A program made the translations under genes and the position numbers. This document shows positions 1 through 11,624 of a stretch of DNA of 46,907 nucleotides, piece by piece. A model generated the notes under the pieces. It had not been told where the DNA came from and ran no database searches. It saw only the letters and a list, made by a program, of their open reading frames with translations. The stretch lies in assembly GCF_001194135.2 (NCBI RefSeq), contig NC_069006.1:11936100-11983006 (forward strand), in the 5' to 3' direction. Source of the stretch: Octopus bimaculoides (taxonomy: Eukaryota). The first letter of the stretch is position 1, and each line of letters opens with the position of its first letter.

Positions 1-12
1 TATATATATATA

Positions 13-410
13 ATACAAAATGGGACAAGAATGCAAAACATCCAGACAGTTCGGTGATACAAGAAAAGGACAACAAAACATCCAGATAGACGATACAAAG
101 AAAACAAGGACAGGTCATTCGGAGTTTTCTTTCTTCAGTCGAGATCCAGATTATCTTTGCAGTTTCAGCTGGTTATTCTTGATATTGCTTCAATCTGGCC
201 AGCTCCAAGGAAAAACTAAGCTAAGAGCATTAGATTCCTTGGAAGAAAGCAGCGAATGTATACAGAAACAAGGACGGAAAAAAAACCGAACAATGTTACA
301 CAAATACAATGAAAATAATAACAGGACATAACAACAGATGTCTTTCGACTAAGGACAAATTAAATTAAGCTGGCGTGCTTGGAATTAAAGCCTTACGGCA
401 GGGATACAAG
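13..410. repeat. Unclassified interspersed repeat abutting (TA)n, possibly PLE-terminal
   Basis: Purine-rich high-complexity block starting directly after the (TA)n run at 1-13. The 103-aa ORF has no recognisable domain. Family assignment is inference only. Confidence 0.3.
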
Positions 411-439
411 ATTTCACAGGCACAGGGAGGAAAGTGTGT

Positions 440-606
440 GCATCTTTGTGTTTGTCTCACCATTGCTTGACAACTGATGGTGATTGCTAACATCCCTGTT
501 ACTTACTGCTTAAGCCAAAAGAGTCTGAGAGAACAAATACCAAGCTTTGAAAGAAATAAGTTCTGCATGGCCACAGTTTAATGACTGAAACAAGTAAAAG
601 ATAAAA
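440..606 (+). mobile_element. SINE family B, 3' half
   Basis: Matches the 3' half of the full copy at 9645-10042 (ttgcttgacaactgatg...gcatggccacagt..aatgactgaaacaagtaaaaga). Confidence 0.7.
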
Positions 607-676
607 GATATATACATATACACACATACATGCGCATATGTATTCACATACATACACACTTATACACACACACACA

Positions 677-1743
677 TTAGGGTGAAAGTAATTGTAATTT
701 TTCACTGCTATGAAATATGACTCAACCAATCACATCAGAGCCACGGTCGATTGAGCAGGAACTCTCTAGAAATAGTCTATCATCCCTTCTATCCAGCAGT
801 GTATCGTTCATAGTTATTTTGGTAATTAACCCCATGGAGGATAAGAACTTCCTGAAACAACATATTTGCCATTGCTTACTGTGTAATTTTTGAAAGGAAA
901 TTACTGCTACACAAGCAATGAAAGACATTTGGGAAGTGTATCAGGATGCAGTGAAAGCTCATACATGTCAGCTGTGGCTTAAAAGGTTTAAAAATGGAGA
1001 CTGTGATATATTCAACAAGCCTCGCTCTGGCAGATGACCCATTCTGAATGATGACCTTTTGAATGAGACTATTGTATCACATCCATGTCAAAGCACCACG
1101 TTATGAAAAATGGGTTTTGCATCACAAAAGAAAACGAAAAAGGCAATGAGAGGCCAGTGCCAACACCAAAACCAAAACTCCATCCGCAAAAATACTTGCT
1201 TTGTGTTTGGTGGAACATGAAAGGTATCATCCATTATGAAACATAGAAGGACCATCAATGCAGATGTCTATTGACAACAGCTTAATTATGTAAATGAAAA
1301 ATTATGTCCAAAGTGGCCAACTTTGATAAACAGAAAAGGTGTTATTCTCCAGCATGACAGTGGATGGCCACACTCTTCAAAACAAACCCAAGAAAAATTA
1401 GATTGTTAGGATGGCAAGTTCTTCCACATCTTCTATACTCACCTGGCTCAGCACCTATGGATTTTCATCAGTTCCAATTACTAGAACATTTTATAAGAGA
1501 TAAAACTTCAGAAACAGAAAGGAAGTTGAAAACAATCTTTCAGACATTTTTTTTTTCTTTTTCAGGAAAAAAAAAAAAAATGGTTTCTTTGAACGTGGCA
1601 TAAAAAAGTTACTTTCCCATTGGGATGCAGTTGTTGAAAATGATGGTGATTACATTCTTGATTAAAACTGTTCAGATGAACGTAGTTTACATTTGTTTTT
1701 ATATCATTTCTGGTAAAGCATAATTACTTTTTGAACACCCTAA
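677..1743 (+). mobile_element. Mariner (Mos1-like) DNA transposon, internally deleted, decayed transposase
   Basis: Imperfect TIRs (ttagggtg..aaagtaatt / aattactttttgaacaccctaa) with TA at the right end. Translated fragments ATQAMKDIWEVYQDAVKAHTCQLWLKRFKNGDCDIFNKPRSGR, KLHPQKYLLCVWWNMKGIIHYE, NRKGVILQHD and LPHLLYSPGSAPMDFH match mariner HTH and DD34D motifs. Stops and frameshifts present. Confidence 0.9.
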
Positions 1744-1751
1744 TACATATC

Positions 1752-1753
1752 AG

Positions 1754-1805
<52 letters not shown>

Positions 1806-1936
1806 GTCATCATTTAATGTCTGATTTCCATGTTGGCATGGGTTGGATGGTTTGACAGGAGCTGGCTAGGCAGAAGACTGCACCAGGCTTCACTGTCTGT
1901 TTTGGCAGGATTTTTACAGCTGGATGCCCTTCCAAA
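1752..1936 (-). mobile_element. RTE-type LINE 3' end with (GAT)n tail
   Basis: (CAT)n followed by atttaatgtctgatttccatgttggcatgggttggatgg...ggatgcccttcc. This is the same 3' UTR that follows RT-coding sequence at 11625-12745 and 17056-18030. Confidence 0.8.
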
Positions 1937-2055
1937 TATTATATTACTGGTAGTGGATGACCCTTAATCCTTGTTAGGACATTATTCTTGGAAAAGTCAA
2001 ACCCTGGTATAAAACCTGTGACTTCACGGCAGCCAATCATGTTGACTTGTTCTTT

Positions 2056-2871
2056 NNNNNNNNNNNNNNNNNNNNNNNNNNNNNNNNNNNNNNNNNNNNN
2101 NNNNNNNNNNNNNNNNNNNNNNNNNNNNNNNNNNNNNNNNNNNNNNNNNNNNNNNNNNNNNNNNNNNNNNNNNNNNNNNNNNNNNNNNNNNNNNNNNNNN
2201 NNNNNNNNNNNNNNNNNNNNNNNNNNNNNNNNNNNNNNNNNNNNNNNNNNNNNNNNNNNNNNNNNNNNNNNNNNNNNNNNNNNNNNNNNNNNNNNNNNNN
2301 NNNNNNNNNNNNNNNNNNNNNNNNNNNNNNNNNNNNNNNNNNNNNNNNNNNNNNNNNNNNNNNNNNNNNNNNNNNNNNNNNNNNNNNNNNNNNNNNNNNN
2401 NNNNNNNNNNNNNNNNNNNNNNNNNNNNNNNNNNNNNNNNNNNNNNNNNNNNNNNNNNNNNNNNNNNNNNNNNNNNNNNNNNNNNNNNNNNNNNNNNNNN
2501 NNNNNNNNNNNNNNNNNNNNNNNNNNNNNNNNNNNNNNNNNNNNNNNNNNNNNNNNNNNNNNNNNNNNNNNNNNNNNNNNNNNNNNNNNNNNNNNNNNNN
2601 NNNNNNNNNNNNNNNNNNNNNNNNNNNNNNNNNNNNNNNNNNNNNNNNNNNNNNNNNNNNNNNNNNNNNNNNNNNNNNNNNNNNNNNNNNNNNNNNNNNN
2701 NNNNNNNNNNNNNNNNNNNNNNNNNNNNNNNNNNNNNNNNNNNNNNNNNNNNNNNNNNNNNNNNNNNNNNNNNNNNNNNNNNNNNNNNNNNNNNNNNNNN
2801 NNNNNNNNNNNNNNNNNNNNNNNNNNNNNNNNNNNNNNNNNNNNNNNNNNNNNNNNNNNNNNNNNNNNNNN
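2056..2871. other. Assembly gap (N). Other gaps: 7814-8561, 9090-9630, 18210-18521, 23872-24037, 26366-26395, 35284-35423, 42093-42246
   Basis: Runs of N, mostly bordered by microsatellites or young repeats. All X-rich ORFs in the track are artefacts of these gaps. Confidence 1.
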
Positions 2872-2912
<41 letters not shown>

Positions 2913-3096
2913 TTGCACATATGTCAAACATCATACAAGATAAATTCTTGATTTCTTAAAGTTACCTCCATCCTTTTGGATGTACCATAATTAACAAATA
3001 ATAATTAAGATCAGCTCTACACAAAAAGGGGAGATTCAAGAATTCTCCACAGTTGTTTAAGGAAGAGGACAGACTGGAGACAAGAAGATAGATGTG

Positions 3097-3315
3097 GATA
3101 GCAAGCTGGCAGAAATGTTAGCACACTGGGTGAAATGTTTAGTGCTATTTCATCTGTGTTTATGTTGTGAGTTCAAATTCAAATTACGCCAAGGTTGATT
3201 TTACCTTTCATCCCTTTGGGGTCGATAAATTAAGTATCAGTTGCATACTGGGGTCGATCTAATTGGCTGACCCCCTCCCCCAAAAGTTTGGGCCTTGTAC
3301 CTAGAGTAGAAAAGT
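3097..3315 (+). mobile_element. SINE family A (tRNA-type head), with 11-bp target-site duplication
   Basis: gctggcagaaatgttagc...gagttcaaattc (A/B-box-like head), then ggggtcgataaattaag...ggggtcgat core. Flanked by agatagatgtg at 3086-3096 and 3316-3326. Confidence 0.8.
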
Positions 3316-3659
3316 AGATAGATGTGAGCACTTTTTTCAGGCTCAGTAACCATCATCAGCATGATAATTATCTCTAGTAGTTGAGGGATTTAGAGACATA
3401 CAAAAAGAGTTGAACATATTTATGGTCTGGGTACTTTGTGTAATATGGACAATGAGCTGCAAGAAATAACTCAGTGGCCAGAAGCATGTATTTGAATAAT
3501 AATGATAAATACAGGGGTATCAAATATCATACAACATAAATTCTCGATTTATTAAAATCATATCCTCTTCTAGAAGTTGTGGCATAATTACTAAATGGTA
3601 ATTAAGACCAACTTCATGATGTGCTCTACTAAGAATCAGTAAAATGTCTGGAGAAAAAA

Positions 3660-3945
3660 AATGTCTTGTGGTGTTTGTTCTGGGTCTTTAAATTCTAAGT
3701 TCAAACCCCACTGAGGTCAACTCTGTGTTTCAAGCTGGCAGAATGATTAGAACATCAGAAAAAACTGCTTTACAGTATTGGCTCTTACTCTTTACATTCC
3801 AAGTCCCAATCCTGCCAAGGTCAACTTTGTATTTTGTTCTTTCAGTGTTGATAAAATAAAGTACGAGTCCCGTACTGGATTTGACAGAATCAACTAATCC
3901 CCTATCCTCAAAATTGCTGGATTTGTGCAAAAATGTAAAACCCAG
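3660..3945 (+). mobile_element. Two diverged partial SINE family A copies
   Basis: aagttcaaacccc..gaggtcaact, then gctggcagaatgattag...aaggtcaacttt...gttgataaaataaagtac...aaaattgctgg, homologous to 3097-3315. Confidence 0.6.
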
Positions 3946-4072
3946 TTGTAAAATCCCTGTCAAAACAGACACATTGGCCTTGGATAGATTTTCTACCTGG
4001 TCAGCTCCTGTCAACCATCCTACCCATTCATGCATGGAAGATGGACGTTAAACGATGATGATGATTATCATT

Positions 4073-4460
4073 AAGGTGGTGAGCTGGCAGAATCGTTAGC
4101 ACATTCGGCAAAATGCTGCATTTCATCTGTCTTTACACTCTGAGTTCAAATTCTGCCATGGTTGACTTTTCCTTTCATCCATTCAGGGTAGATGTTGAAC
4201 ATCGACTTACTCCCTCCCCCAAAATTGCTGGCCTTGGTCCAAAATTTGAGACCATTATTATCATCATCATTGACAAATCCTTAGTACGTCAGAAAAATTG
4301 CTTAGTTGCATCTATTCCAGCTCACTACATTCTGAGTTCAAACCTCACCAAAGTCAACTTTCATCCTTTCAGGTTTGATACAATAAAGTCAAGCACTGAG
4401 GCCGATGTAATCAACCGAACCCCTCCCACTAAAATTGCCAGCATTGTGCCAAAATCTGAA
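4073..4460 (+). mobile_element. Two tandem SINE family A copies
   Basis: aaggtggtgagctggcagaatcgttagc...ctgagttcaaattctgcc...ccccaaaattgctggccttgg, followed by a second partial copy (4270-4460). Confidence 0.7.
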
Positions 4461-5894
4461 ACTGTTACTATTAGTATCATCATTGTCATGATTGTTGTTG
4501 TATTCAATTTATTGTGTTATTGAACATTGAGTTTTAGGAGTTGCTAGTCTTATATTCAAATCCCATTTTCAGACCTTTAAACATCCATAAACCACAAATT
4601 TTTGTTTAACTTTTGACCGAAATATGAAGAATATATTGGGAAAGAGAATGTTAACCGTGTCAATTAACCAATAACATAAGAATTCTCCTTATATTAATAT
4701 TCCCCCAGTCTTCTTCCTCTCTGTGTATTCTGTGAAATGAAGCTTTCTATAGATATTGAAGTTTGTAATGGCCAAGAGCTATATTCTTACAGGAAGCAGA
4801 CGATCGCCAATACTTTAGATCAATGTATAAAATTAATACATCACTTCCTATTGAAAGTTACTCCCTCCAGTCAATATGGTGTATGAAAGTTTTCACGTTT
4901 TCAACACTCCGACAGCTACTTTCTTCCTAATTATTTCCTTACATATTCCATTTAGAATATTTTGTTTGCTTATAAATTTGTCCAACAAATGAAATACAGC
5001 TTCGTGCAAATTCATTTTGCTTTCTTTCTAGTGTTAATTCTTAATGTATTCTTGATATATTAACCAAGTCGATCACTGTTCACATTTGGTATTATTTTTG
5101 TCTTTTATTTATATTATTATTTTTTTAATGGTTCTCTTTCTGAATAACTCATTGTCATGATTACAAACTTGGTCGCTATTAACCTCTTTGCTGTTGGTAT
5201 TCAAAGAATTTTAACTTCAAAACAGTCTAGGTTTGGAAAACGATTATTGCAATACAACACGGCCATGTTTGAATGCAGTATGATATCACCTGCTATTGTG
5301 TAGTGCAACGGGAACCAAAAATCTGAAAGGCTTTTTTTCTTTCTTTACTTATGCCTATCAATAATGAAGATTTTCTCTTAGCTTTTGCAATATTAAAGTT
5401 AGCCATTCAATCTCAGCGTGTTTCATTATAATGTAATAACACCATCATATTTCAACACAATCAAATGGTCGGCCATAATAATTATTCCGCAGCTAAGGAA
5501 GAAGAAGCTACTTCCGTTTAATCATGCCAATTCAATAAATAAGTTGTTTGCATATTCATAAAAGTCTGGGGTCATTCTCTTTCCACTTTCTACATTCAAT
5601 CTTTTTTTCATTAGCTTTCTCTTTTGTTTTGCCTCTCTCTAATCCTCCCCCTCTCTATCTAGTGTTCACATCAAAGGTGAGCTCTGATGATAGAAACCAG
5701 CGGTGAACTAGTTAAAAGATTCAGCTTCTCAGCACGTCCTTGATCTGTGAATAGCGTGATTTGATAAAGTATTTTCCTGGTGGTGGGGATTTAATTAACG
5801 TCTTCTTTCTATCAAAAAGAAGTTGGCTGACACAATCAATAAGACAAAGGAAAGTTGCTGTAGTTGTTACTATTATAGTCATTTCTGTTGGTGA

Positions 5895-6485
5895 TGCTGT
5901 TGCTATTTATCTCCAGATCAGTTAGACTCAATCTACAACTACCGAATGTATTGACAAGTGAGCCCTCCATGTGGTCATTCAATTTGCTAGAAGTAATAAC
6001 CATGTTCATCTAAAACACACCTAACACTTTTAAAAGAAGTGAGAGAAAAGACATTGGATAATGTAGTTGAAAAGGCCCAAATGGGATGGTTATGGCTGGA
6101 ATGCCTTTGTCTAGTTTGTTCGTTTGGAGCTGATCTGGGGATAAACAACAACAGACGAAGCCACTGAGTAGATGAAGGTGCCTCTATGTCAGGCATGGAG
6201 AACCTTGTACGAGAAATGGGTCACATGACATGACTCAATATCAAGCAAGTCACACTACTAAAAAAATCCAATTTGTCATTAGGCATACCATTCAGAAAGT
6301 CTCATGGGCCACAGTTTACCCATGACTGTTCTACATCATCAAACAATCTGCTAGAAACACCAGTGAGATCTCCCTCAAATCACACCTTATTATCTTTAAA
6401 AAATGGAAAGGACACAATACATAGTGTCATCCGAAATACATCTAGAAAGACTGAATGGTCATGAGTGGAATGTCTTTGATCAAGA
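5895..6485. repeat. Two copies of an unclassified interspersed repeat (5895-6110 and 6300-6485)
   Basis: Shared string gctagaa...cacacc...ttaaaa...ggatggt(t/c)atg(g/a)..ggaatg(c/t)ctttg in the same orientation. Confidence 0.55.
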
Positions 6486-6715
6486 AGTGCCAACATAATC
6501 TTTAATCCTTCAATAAAGAGCACCTGCCTCCCCATTGCAAAATATAGAATTAGCACCTTTCACTGTGTTAGTATAGTTTCCTTATTTTACAAATTCTTTA
6601 CCCTTTTTTCAGATTACAACTGGATTTCCATGTTAAGATTGTCGTTAAATAATTAAAAAAAAAATTCCATTTCAAGTTATTCCCAATGTTTTAAATAGAT
6701 TATCCTCCCCTCCAG

Positions 6716-6818
<103 letters not shown>

Positions 6819-7528
6819 AATCATGTTTAATCCTTAAATATTATTTCCCATAAAAAAATTAAGGTTAAAGAAATTTTTTTGCACATATCGCCCCTCAACT
6901 TTTCATTTACAAAATGGTTTAAGTCAGTATTTTTGTTTTTACAATCTGTGAAATAAAAAAAAATATTTTTTGTTAATAATTATATAAATTTCTTCTGCAT
7001 TCATATTAAATATGTCATACAACATGAAAAAAAAAAACTGTGCAAATCTTTCTAAAGCATAGTTTCATTTTTAAGCTTTTTAAGTTTTAAAATAACATTT
7101 GCTCTATAAGCAAGTATTACTATAATTAATATATTCTAAAAAACAATTCATAAAAATCTTTATTGATTTTCTACAAAGTTAACTCAATTTTTAACAACAC
7201 AGTATCATTTTATTTTTATTTTCCAATGATAGTTTTTTTTTTTTCATTTGTAAAGTTATTGTTCAATGCCAACATTTTAGAGGGATTAGAATTTCATTTA
7301 CATTCATAACTGTTAAACTATTTGCACATTCACAAATACACCACATACACACATAATCATTCACCCTAACACAATTCTTCTATATTTGTCTTATTCTCAT
7401 CATTATAAATCTACCCTTGCTGCCTGTTTCTATCAAATAACATATCTTTTCTTCATGAATTTACTCCACCTTTTTTCTAACCACTTTGCTTCATCTTTAA
7501 TACCATTAAACCTTTCTCTCTCCATATA

Positions 7529-7576
<48 letters not shown>

Positions 7577-7579
<3 letters not shown>

Positions 7580-7813
7580 TCATCATCATCATCATCATCG
7601 TTTAACGTCCGCTTTCCATGCTAGCATGGGTTGGACGATTTGACTGAGGACTGGTGAAACCAGATGGCAACACCAGGCTCCAGTCTGATTTGGCAGAGTT
7701 TCTACAGCTGGATGCCCTTCCTAACGCCAACCACTCAGAGAGTGTAGTGGGTGCTTTTACGTGTCACCCGCACGAAAACGGCCACGCTCGAAATGGTGTC
7801 TTTTATGTGCCAC
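7577..7813 (-). mobile_element. RTE-type LINE 3' end, relatively young, running into a gap
   Basis: (CAT)n + cgtttaacgtccgctttccatgctagcatgggttggacg...ggatgcccttcctaacgccaaccactc. CpGs are retained. Confidence 0.85.
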
Positions 7814-8561
7814 NNNNNNNNNNNNNNNNNNNNNNNNNNNNNNNNNNNNNNNNNNNNNNNNNNNNNNNNNNNNNNNNNNNNNNNNNNNNNNNNNNNNNNN
7901 NNNNNNNNNNNNNNNNNNNNNNNNNNNNNNNNNNNNNNNNNNNNNNNNNNNNNNNNNNNNNNNNNNNNNNNNNNNNNNNNNNNNNNNNNNNNNNNNNNNN
8001 NNNNNNNNNNNNNNNNNNNNNNNNNNNNNNNNNNNNNNNNNNNNNNNNNNNNNNNNNNNNNNNNNNNNNNNNNNNNNNNNNNNNNNNNNNNNNNNNNNNN
8101 NNNNNNNNNNNNNNNNNNNNNNNNNNNNNNNNNNNNNNNNNNNNNNNNNNNNNNNNNNNNNNNNNNNNNNNNNNNNNNNNNNNNNNNNNNNNNNNNNNNN
8201 NNNNNNNNNNNNNNNNNNNNNNNNNNNNNNNNNNNNNNNNNNNNNNNNNNNNNNNNNNNNNNNNNNNNNNNNNNNNNNNNNNNNNNNNNNNNNNNNNNNN
8301 NNNNNNNNNNNNNNNNNNNNNNNNNNNNNNNNNNNNNNNNNNNNNNNNNNNNNNNNNNNNNNNNNNNNNNNNNNNNNNNNNNNNNNNNNNNNNNNNNNNN
8401 NNNNNNNNNNNNNNNNNNNNNNNNNNNNNNNNNNNNNNNNNNNNNNNNNNNNNNNNNNNNNNNNNNNNNNNNNNNNNNNNNNNNNNNNNNNNNNNNNNNN
8501 NNNNNNNNNNNNNNNNNNNNNNNNNNNNNNNNNNNNNNNNNNNNNNNNNNNNNNNNNNNNN

Positions 8562-9089
8562 CTTTGGCAGTAATTACAGCTTGAATTTTATGAGGTATGG
8601 ACTTGTACAAAGTTTGAATTGTTTCCAAAGGAATTTTTGTCCATTCTTCAGCTAAAACAGTCTCCAGTTCTTGTGATGATGGTGGAGGATATTGACTCAT
8701 TACTTGTTTTTCTAAAATGCATCATAAATGTTCAATAATATTGAGATCTGGGGACTGTGGTGGCCACATAAGATGTTCAACTTCACTAGAATGTTCCTCG
8801 TACCATTCAGTAATAACTTAAGCTGTGTGAATTGGTGCATTATCATCCTGAAAGATTGCGTTTCCCTCCGGATGAATTTGATCAGATAAAATGCTTAAAT
8901 AGCCTGGACTATTAATTCTGCCATGAATGGAAACCATTTGGCTGGCAAATTTCCAAGATATAGCCCCCAGATCATCACAGATCCTCCTCTATGTTTAACA
9001 GTTGGAAGAAGGTAGTCTGGGTCAAATGCTTTTTTTGGCTGTCTCCACACGTATACTCGGCCGGTGGTCGGAAATATGGTAAAGGATGA
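8562..9089 (-). mobile_element. Tc1-like transposase catalytic-domain fragment (D-36-E spacing), both ends in gaps
   Basis: Minus strand reads SSFTIFPTTGRVYVWRQPKKAFDPDYLLPTVKHRGGSVMIWG...AIFQDDNAPIHTA*VITEWYEEHSSEVEHLMWPPQSPDLNIIEHL*. WPxQSPDLNxIEHL is the Tc1 signature. Premature stops present. Confidence 0.9.
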
Positions 9090-9644
9090 NNNNNNNNNNN
9101 NNNNNNNNNNNNNNNNNNNNNNNNNNNNNNNNNNNNNNNNNNNNNNNNNNNNNNNNNNNNNNNNNNNNNNNNNNNNNNNNNNNNNNNNNNNNNNNNNNNN
9201 NNNNNNNNNNNNNNNNNNNNNNNNNNNNNNNNNNNNNNNNNNNNNNNNNNNNNNNNNNNNNNNNNNNNNNNNNNNNNNNNNNNNNNNNNNNNNNNNNNNN
9301 NNNNNNNNNNNNNNNNNNNNNNNNNNNNNNNNNNNNNNNNNNNNNNNNNNNNNNNNNNNNNNNNNNNNNNNNNNNNNNNNNNNNNNNNNNNNNNNNNNNN
9401 NNNNNNNNNNNNNNNNNNNNNNNNNNNNNNNNNNNNNNNNNNNNNNNNNNNNNNNNNNNNNNNNNNNNNNNNNNNNNNNNNNNNNNNNNNNNNNNNNNNN
9501 NNNNNNNNNNNNNNNNNNNNNNNNNNNNNNNNNNNNNNNNNNNNNNNNNNNNNNNNNNNNNNNNNNNNNNNNNNNNNNNNNNNNNNNNNNNNNNNNNNNN
9601 NNNNNNNNNNNNNNNNNNNNNNNNNNNNNNTGTGTGTGTGTGTA

Positions 9645-10042
9645 TGTGGTAAGTAGCTTGCTTACCAACCACATGGTTCCGGGTTCAGTCCCACTGTGTG
9701 GCACCTTGGGCAAGTGTCTTCTACTATAGCCTCGAGCCGACCGAAGCCTTGTGAGTGGATTTGGTAGATGGAAACTGAAAGAAGCCCATCGTATATATGT
9801 AAACATATATATATGTATGTGTGTGTGTATATGTTTGTGTGTCTGTGTTTGTCCCCCAACATCGCTTGACAACTGATGCTGGTGTATTTATGTCCCCGTA
9901 ACTTAGCAGTTCGGCAAAAGAGACCAATAGAATAAGTATTAGGCTTACAAAGACTAAGTTCTGGGGTTGATTTGCTCGACTAAAGGCAGTGCTCCAGCAT
10001 GGCCATAGTCAAATGACTGAAACAAGTAAAAGAGTAAAAGAG
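9645..10042 (+). mobile_element. SINE family B, full length, tRNA-derived head
   Basis: A-box-like gtggtaagtagcttgc, B-box ggttcagtccc, internal (TA/TG) microsatellite, tail gactgaaacaagtaaaagagtaaaagag. Homologous copies occur throughout the window. Confidence 0.85.
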
Positions 10043-10048
10043 TATATA

Positions 10049-10900
10049 TTAGGTTGGAAAGAAAGCCCTGTCACATTCCAAGATGGGAAAGAAAAATGCT
10101 TCATTGGTTTCCATTGACATATTTAATCAAGATAATATTTCCTCCCCTCAATATTTGTTTCAAATTTTGGCACACGGCTAGTAATTTCTGTGGGATTGGG
10201 TAGTCGATTAAATTGACCTCAGTACTCAACCTGTACTTATTTTATCGACCCCCAAAGGATGAAAAGCAAAGTTGACTCTGGTAGAATTTGAAAAGCGAAG
10301 TTAATCCTGGTGGAATTTGAAATCAAAACATAAAGAAGGGCGAAATGCTGCTAAGCATTTTCCCCAGGAAGCTAACAATCTTGTCAGCTCACTGCCTTAC
10401 TCTCCTCCATTATTGATAACATAATCCCATATATTTAGTCAATTGTTGGTCACTCAGGTATAAAATCCTTCAGTTTTTGAAGCAAAGAAGCACTCATTAT
10501 TATTTTTGACCTCATTGCAATAGATAAACTGTTCTCCTTCTAAATGTTGCATGATCTGAAAAGATGATGGTCGTATAGAACAAGGTCGAGACAGTTAGGA
10601 GAATGAGGCAAACCTTCCATATTTAGTGCCATTATATTTTCATGAGTGACTTGGGCAGAATGTGATCTTGCATTATCATATAAGGGCAATACCCCTTTAC
10701 AATTGACTAAATGTTTGTATGATGCTTCCAATTAACAACAACACAGCTCTGCATTAACTGTTTTGTTTTCATTTAACACCTTTTGATAGACAACATTCTT
10801 CACATCCCACCAAACACAAGCATAACTTTTTTAGGGTGTAGTACTAGTTTGGGGAGGAATTCTTTTTCATATACAAGTTCACGTTTCTTGTGACTCATGC
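10049..10900 (-). mobile_element. Mariner transposon 3' part, interrupted by a SINE
   Basis: TA + ttaggttggaaagaaag TIR-like end at 10047-10065. Minus-strand LVNCKGVLPLYDNARSHSAQVTHENIMALNMEGLPHSPNCLDLVLYDHHLFRS and KLVLHPKKVML match mariner catalytic motifs. Confidence 0.8.
10155..10400 (-). mobile_element. SINE family A inserted in the mariner 3' end
   Basis: Reverse complement of family A (tcgacccccaaaggatgaaaagcaaagttgactctgg..gaatttgaa...tcagctcactgcctta). Confidence 0.75.
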
Positions 10901-10973
10901 ATTCTAAGATGACTGTATGTATGTATGTATGTATGTATGTATGTATGTATGTACGTACATATGCATGTATGTC

Positions 10974-11597
10974 CAGAGTGGCCCAACAGTCGCTAGACCG
11001 TTTCAAAAGATAATAATCCTTTTTATTTATTAAATATTCACATTTATTCTTATATAATCAGTAAATACAATTCTTGGAAAACCTTTTTAATTAGTTTTGA
11101 AAATTATGTCATTCAAATGGCCACCGTTTTCTTCTTGACAACAGTGGGCTCTTTCTAAAGAGTATTCCATCACCATTTATAATGTCTTTTGGCTCATTTC
11201 AATTTCTTCATGGATGTTGGCCTTAAATTGCTGGATGGTCCAAAGTTTGTTATTCTGTTTTTCAGATATCCCCACAAGAAAATATTTGGAGCCGTTAAAT
11301 CAGGTGAGTGTGAAGGCCAATTGAATTTAGAGTTTCTCAAAGTTATTCTCCTTCCAAAAATTTGCCTTAAGAGCTCCCCTGTCAGGCAAGCTGTATGAGC
11401 AATAATCCCATCTTGCTGCCACCGTACCTCTGGTGTGTCCTCAACTGCAGGATGCACAAATGTTTTACCATATCCCAATACCTTTCTTCTGTGAGGGTTA
11501 ATGTGTTTTCTGTCACCTCTTTAAAGATGAAAGGACCAAGAACTCTTTCCACACCTACCCCACACCAGACCATTACTTTTATAGGGTGCAGCTCATG
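10974..11597 (-). mobile_element. rosa-like (DD41D) Tc1/mariner-superfamily transposon 3' fragment
   Basis: Minus strand HELHPIKVMVWCGVGVERVLGPFIF...VRWQQDGIIAHTA..(41 aa after D)..NWPSHSPDLTAPNIFLWGYLK, third D decayed to N. Candidate terminus cagagtggcccaacag at 10974. Confidence 0.8.
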
Positions 11598-11624
11598 TTA
11601 GTAGGCTATTCTTGGGTTTTCTGT

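Noticed and set aside
330-410. Hammerhead-like remnant on the minus strand (ctgccgta...gtcgaaagacatctg)
   Set aside because: The core differs from CUGANGA at several positions and the cleavage position would be G; not supportable from one copy.
1939-2959. ORFs of about 300 aa here and at 7654-8700, 8895-9872, 23670-24169, 35085-35474 and 41971-42421
   Set aside because: They read through N gaps (X residues) and microsatellites; artefacts.
4752-4890. Possible coding exon DIEVCNGQELYSYRKQ... with an AG acceptor and weak donor
   Set aside because: No recognisable protein similarity and weak splice signals.
5685-5765. tgatga-containing segment resembling a C/D snoRNA
   Set aside because: The C box lacks the leading purine, and there is no terminal CUGA D box or closing stem.
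9645-9720. tRNA-like A/B boxes here and at 3100, 15221 and 25281
   Set aside because: They continue into SINE bodies and do not form a full cloverleaf; these are SINE heads, not tRNA genes.
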